A stretch of 63,877 bases of DNA, counting the filler, from Octopus bimaculoides (taxonomy: Eukaryota), in assembly GCF_001194135.2 (NCBI RefSeq). It is 9 parts of 8 records of this genome, joined end to end, with 100 filler letters (N's around TTAATTAATTAA, not from the genome) between each part and the next. Parts side by side here need not be neighbours in the genome. Positions count along the whole stretch, not along the records: positions 52,693 to 62,676 come from NC_069009.1; positions 62,777 to 63,877 come from NW_026361006.1; 7 more parts are not named here. One strand, 5' to 3'. Each line of letters opens with the position of its first letter. Position 1 is the first letter of the stretch. The notes under the pieces are model-generated. The model made no database searches and had not been told where the DNA came from. It saw only the letters and a list, made by a program, of their open reading frames with translations. Below are positions 62,219-63,877 of this stretch, piece after piece. The position numbers and the translations under genes were made by a program.

Positions 62219-62924
62219 CACACATATACATATATTTATAGATATCTATATATAAGCACACACACACACACATACATATATGTACATGTATATATATATA
62301 TGTGTGTGTGTATATGGATATATATATATATATATATATATATAAGCAATGTTAATTCTCTAAATGAAGTATTAACAGTAACTGCACGATAAAGTGTAGT
62401 ATATTGCCACTTAAGTGTGGCTGACCCCTAGGGGTGGATGTTACTGTTGCTTTTAGCCCCAGGAGGACATCTCCTCCAGCTGGCTTATCGACACACGACT
62501 GTGTCCTGTTTGCCAAGGGAGTTATCCCTCTCACCACGACCAGCAGCACGAACGTATCCGGATTTCAGGGTTATTTCCCTTCTTCGGCGTTCGACAGCTG
62601 ATGACCTTGGTGAGAGAGAAAAACCTGGCAAAATCTTATATCTTCTTTTCCAGTGACATTCTTCACTGATATTGAANNNNNNNNNNNNNNNNNNNNNNNN
62701 NNNNNNNNNNNNNNNNNNNNTTAATTAATTAANNNNNNNNNNNNNNNNNNNNNNNNNNNNNNNNNNNNNNNNNNNNATTTAAAAGTAATAAAAAAAAATT
62801 TTCTATTGAAAATTAGTCTTTATTTCACCATTTTGAACGGGCACCAAAGAATCTGACGGAAGTTAAATGATAATCATTATATACACATGATCTATTTCTT
62901 GATAATATCCACGGTAGGAAAGCG

Positions 62925-63130
62925 ACAAGCTGGCGGAATCGTTAGACCGGCGAGCAAAATGCTTAGCGGCATTTCGTTGGTCTTCAAGTTCCGAGTTCAA
63001 CTCCCACCGATGCCGACTTCGTCTTTTCATCATTTCTGTGTCTATAAAATAAGCACCAGTCAAAGTACTTTGCGTTGATGTAATTGACTACTGCTTTCTT
63101 GCTGGTTTTGTGCCAAAATTTGAAACCGAT
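62925..63130 (+). mobile_element. SINE family B, diverged
   Basis: gacaagctggcggaatcgttagaccggcgagcaaaatgcttagcggcatttcg...gagttcaa...gtgccaaaatttgaaacc. Confidence 0.75.
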
Positions 63131-63877
63131 ATTAGCAATGGTGGTTAAAGTATACATCCAAAGTTGCTCGTCATTTGACGGGTAACATGCTTGTATATAT
63201 ATATATATAGAATCGAAAATAAGCTTTTGCTCTGAACTGTATTATTTTCTTGGAAGACGTCATTATATTTCGAAACATCATACTAATTAATATAATTATA
63301 CGAAAACTGTTATTTTTTTTCTAATCAATAAATTTTTCCAATGTCTTTGCAGTACTTGTCGGTTTATTAGCTTTCTGTCTTTCATGAATAGTTACGTCCC
63401 TAAACACCCCCCACCACACACATATTCATCTAATATAATAAATGCGAAAACTAATTTCTGTGTGTCAGTGTGTCACACTTCGACTCCCTCTCTCACTATT
63501 CAATGACATTTCCTCGTATTGGGGTGAGAGTAATAGCAGGCATAGAGACGGTGAGGGCGGTGGTGAAGACAAAGAGAGAGAGAGAGAGAGAGAGGGAGAA
63601 GGAAAGAAAAAGAGAGGGAGAGAAAGAGAGACAAAGAAATTTAGGGAGAGTTGATGATGTTTTATTAAAAGTAGCAGTGTTGATGGTGGCAGTGGGAGTA
63701 ATAAGAGAGAAAGAGAGAGGGAGGGAGAGAGAGAGTGGGTATGTGAGAGAAAGAGGGAGATGATGTACAACTTTCCTGGACAGAAATTTCTGTCGCCAGA
63801 ATAGTGAACCAACAAATGAACACTCATTTTTGTTTTATCTTTTGCTTTCTTTAATACATTACATACATACATACATA

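Noticed and set aside
63465-63872. ORFs at the window end
   Set aside because: They are dominated by GA/TC repeats, with no recognisable domain.

Overview
AT-rich, gap-ridden, transposon-saturated eukaryotic DNA, very likely an octopus draft genome. This is an inference from the abundant tRNA-derived SINE families, the (TA)/(CA)/(GA) microsatellites and the TTAATTAATTAA scaffold linkers. I found no convincing host protein-coding exon, rRNA, genuine tRNA gene or CRISPR array, and almost all listed ORFs are microsatellite or N-gap artefacts. The main structure is a nested block at 34.8-45.6 kb. A SINE is split by a minus-strand Ty3/gypsy-type LTR element with a tRNA-Trp PBS. That element holds three head-to-tail L1/Tx1-like LINE derivatives, none of which retains reverse transcriptase. 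One 14-bp motif (cTGtTG[g/t]TTcCAGA) sits at all four junctions of the array, and its first copy starts 32 nt downstream of a TATA box. One LINE is interrupted by a TTAA-flanked piggyBac MITE, which itself carries a SINE with an 11-bp TSD. The 3' ends of these LINEs resemble the tail of one SINE family, suggesting a SINE/LINE partnership. Elsewhere there are mariner, Tc1 and hAT fossils, MITEs, R4/Dong and RTE fragments, a probable Helitron end, a Penelope-type minimal hammerhead ribozyme motif and a pre-miRNA-like hairpin. The SINE family labels A, B and C are my own; they probably correspond to described octopus tRNA-SINEs, but I have not verified this.
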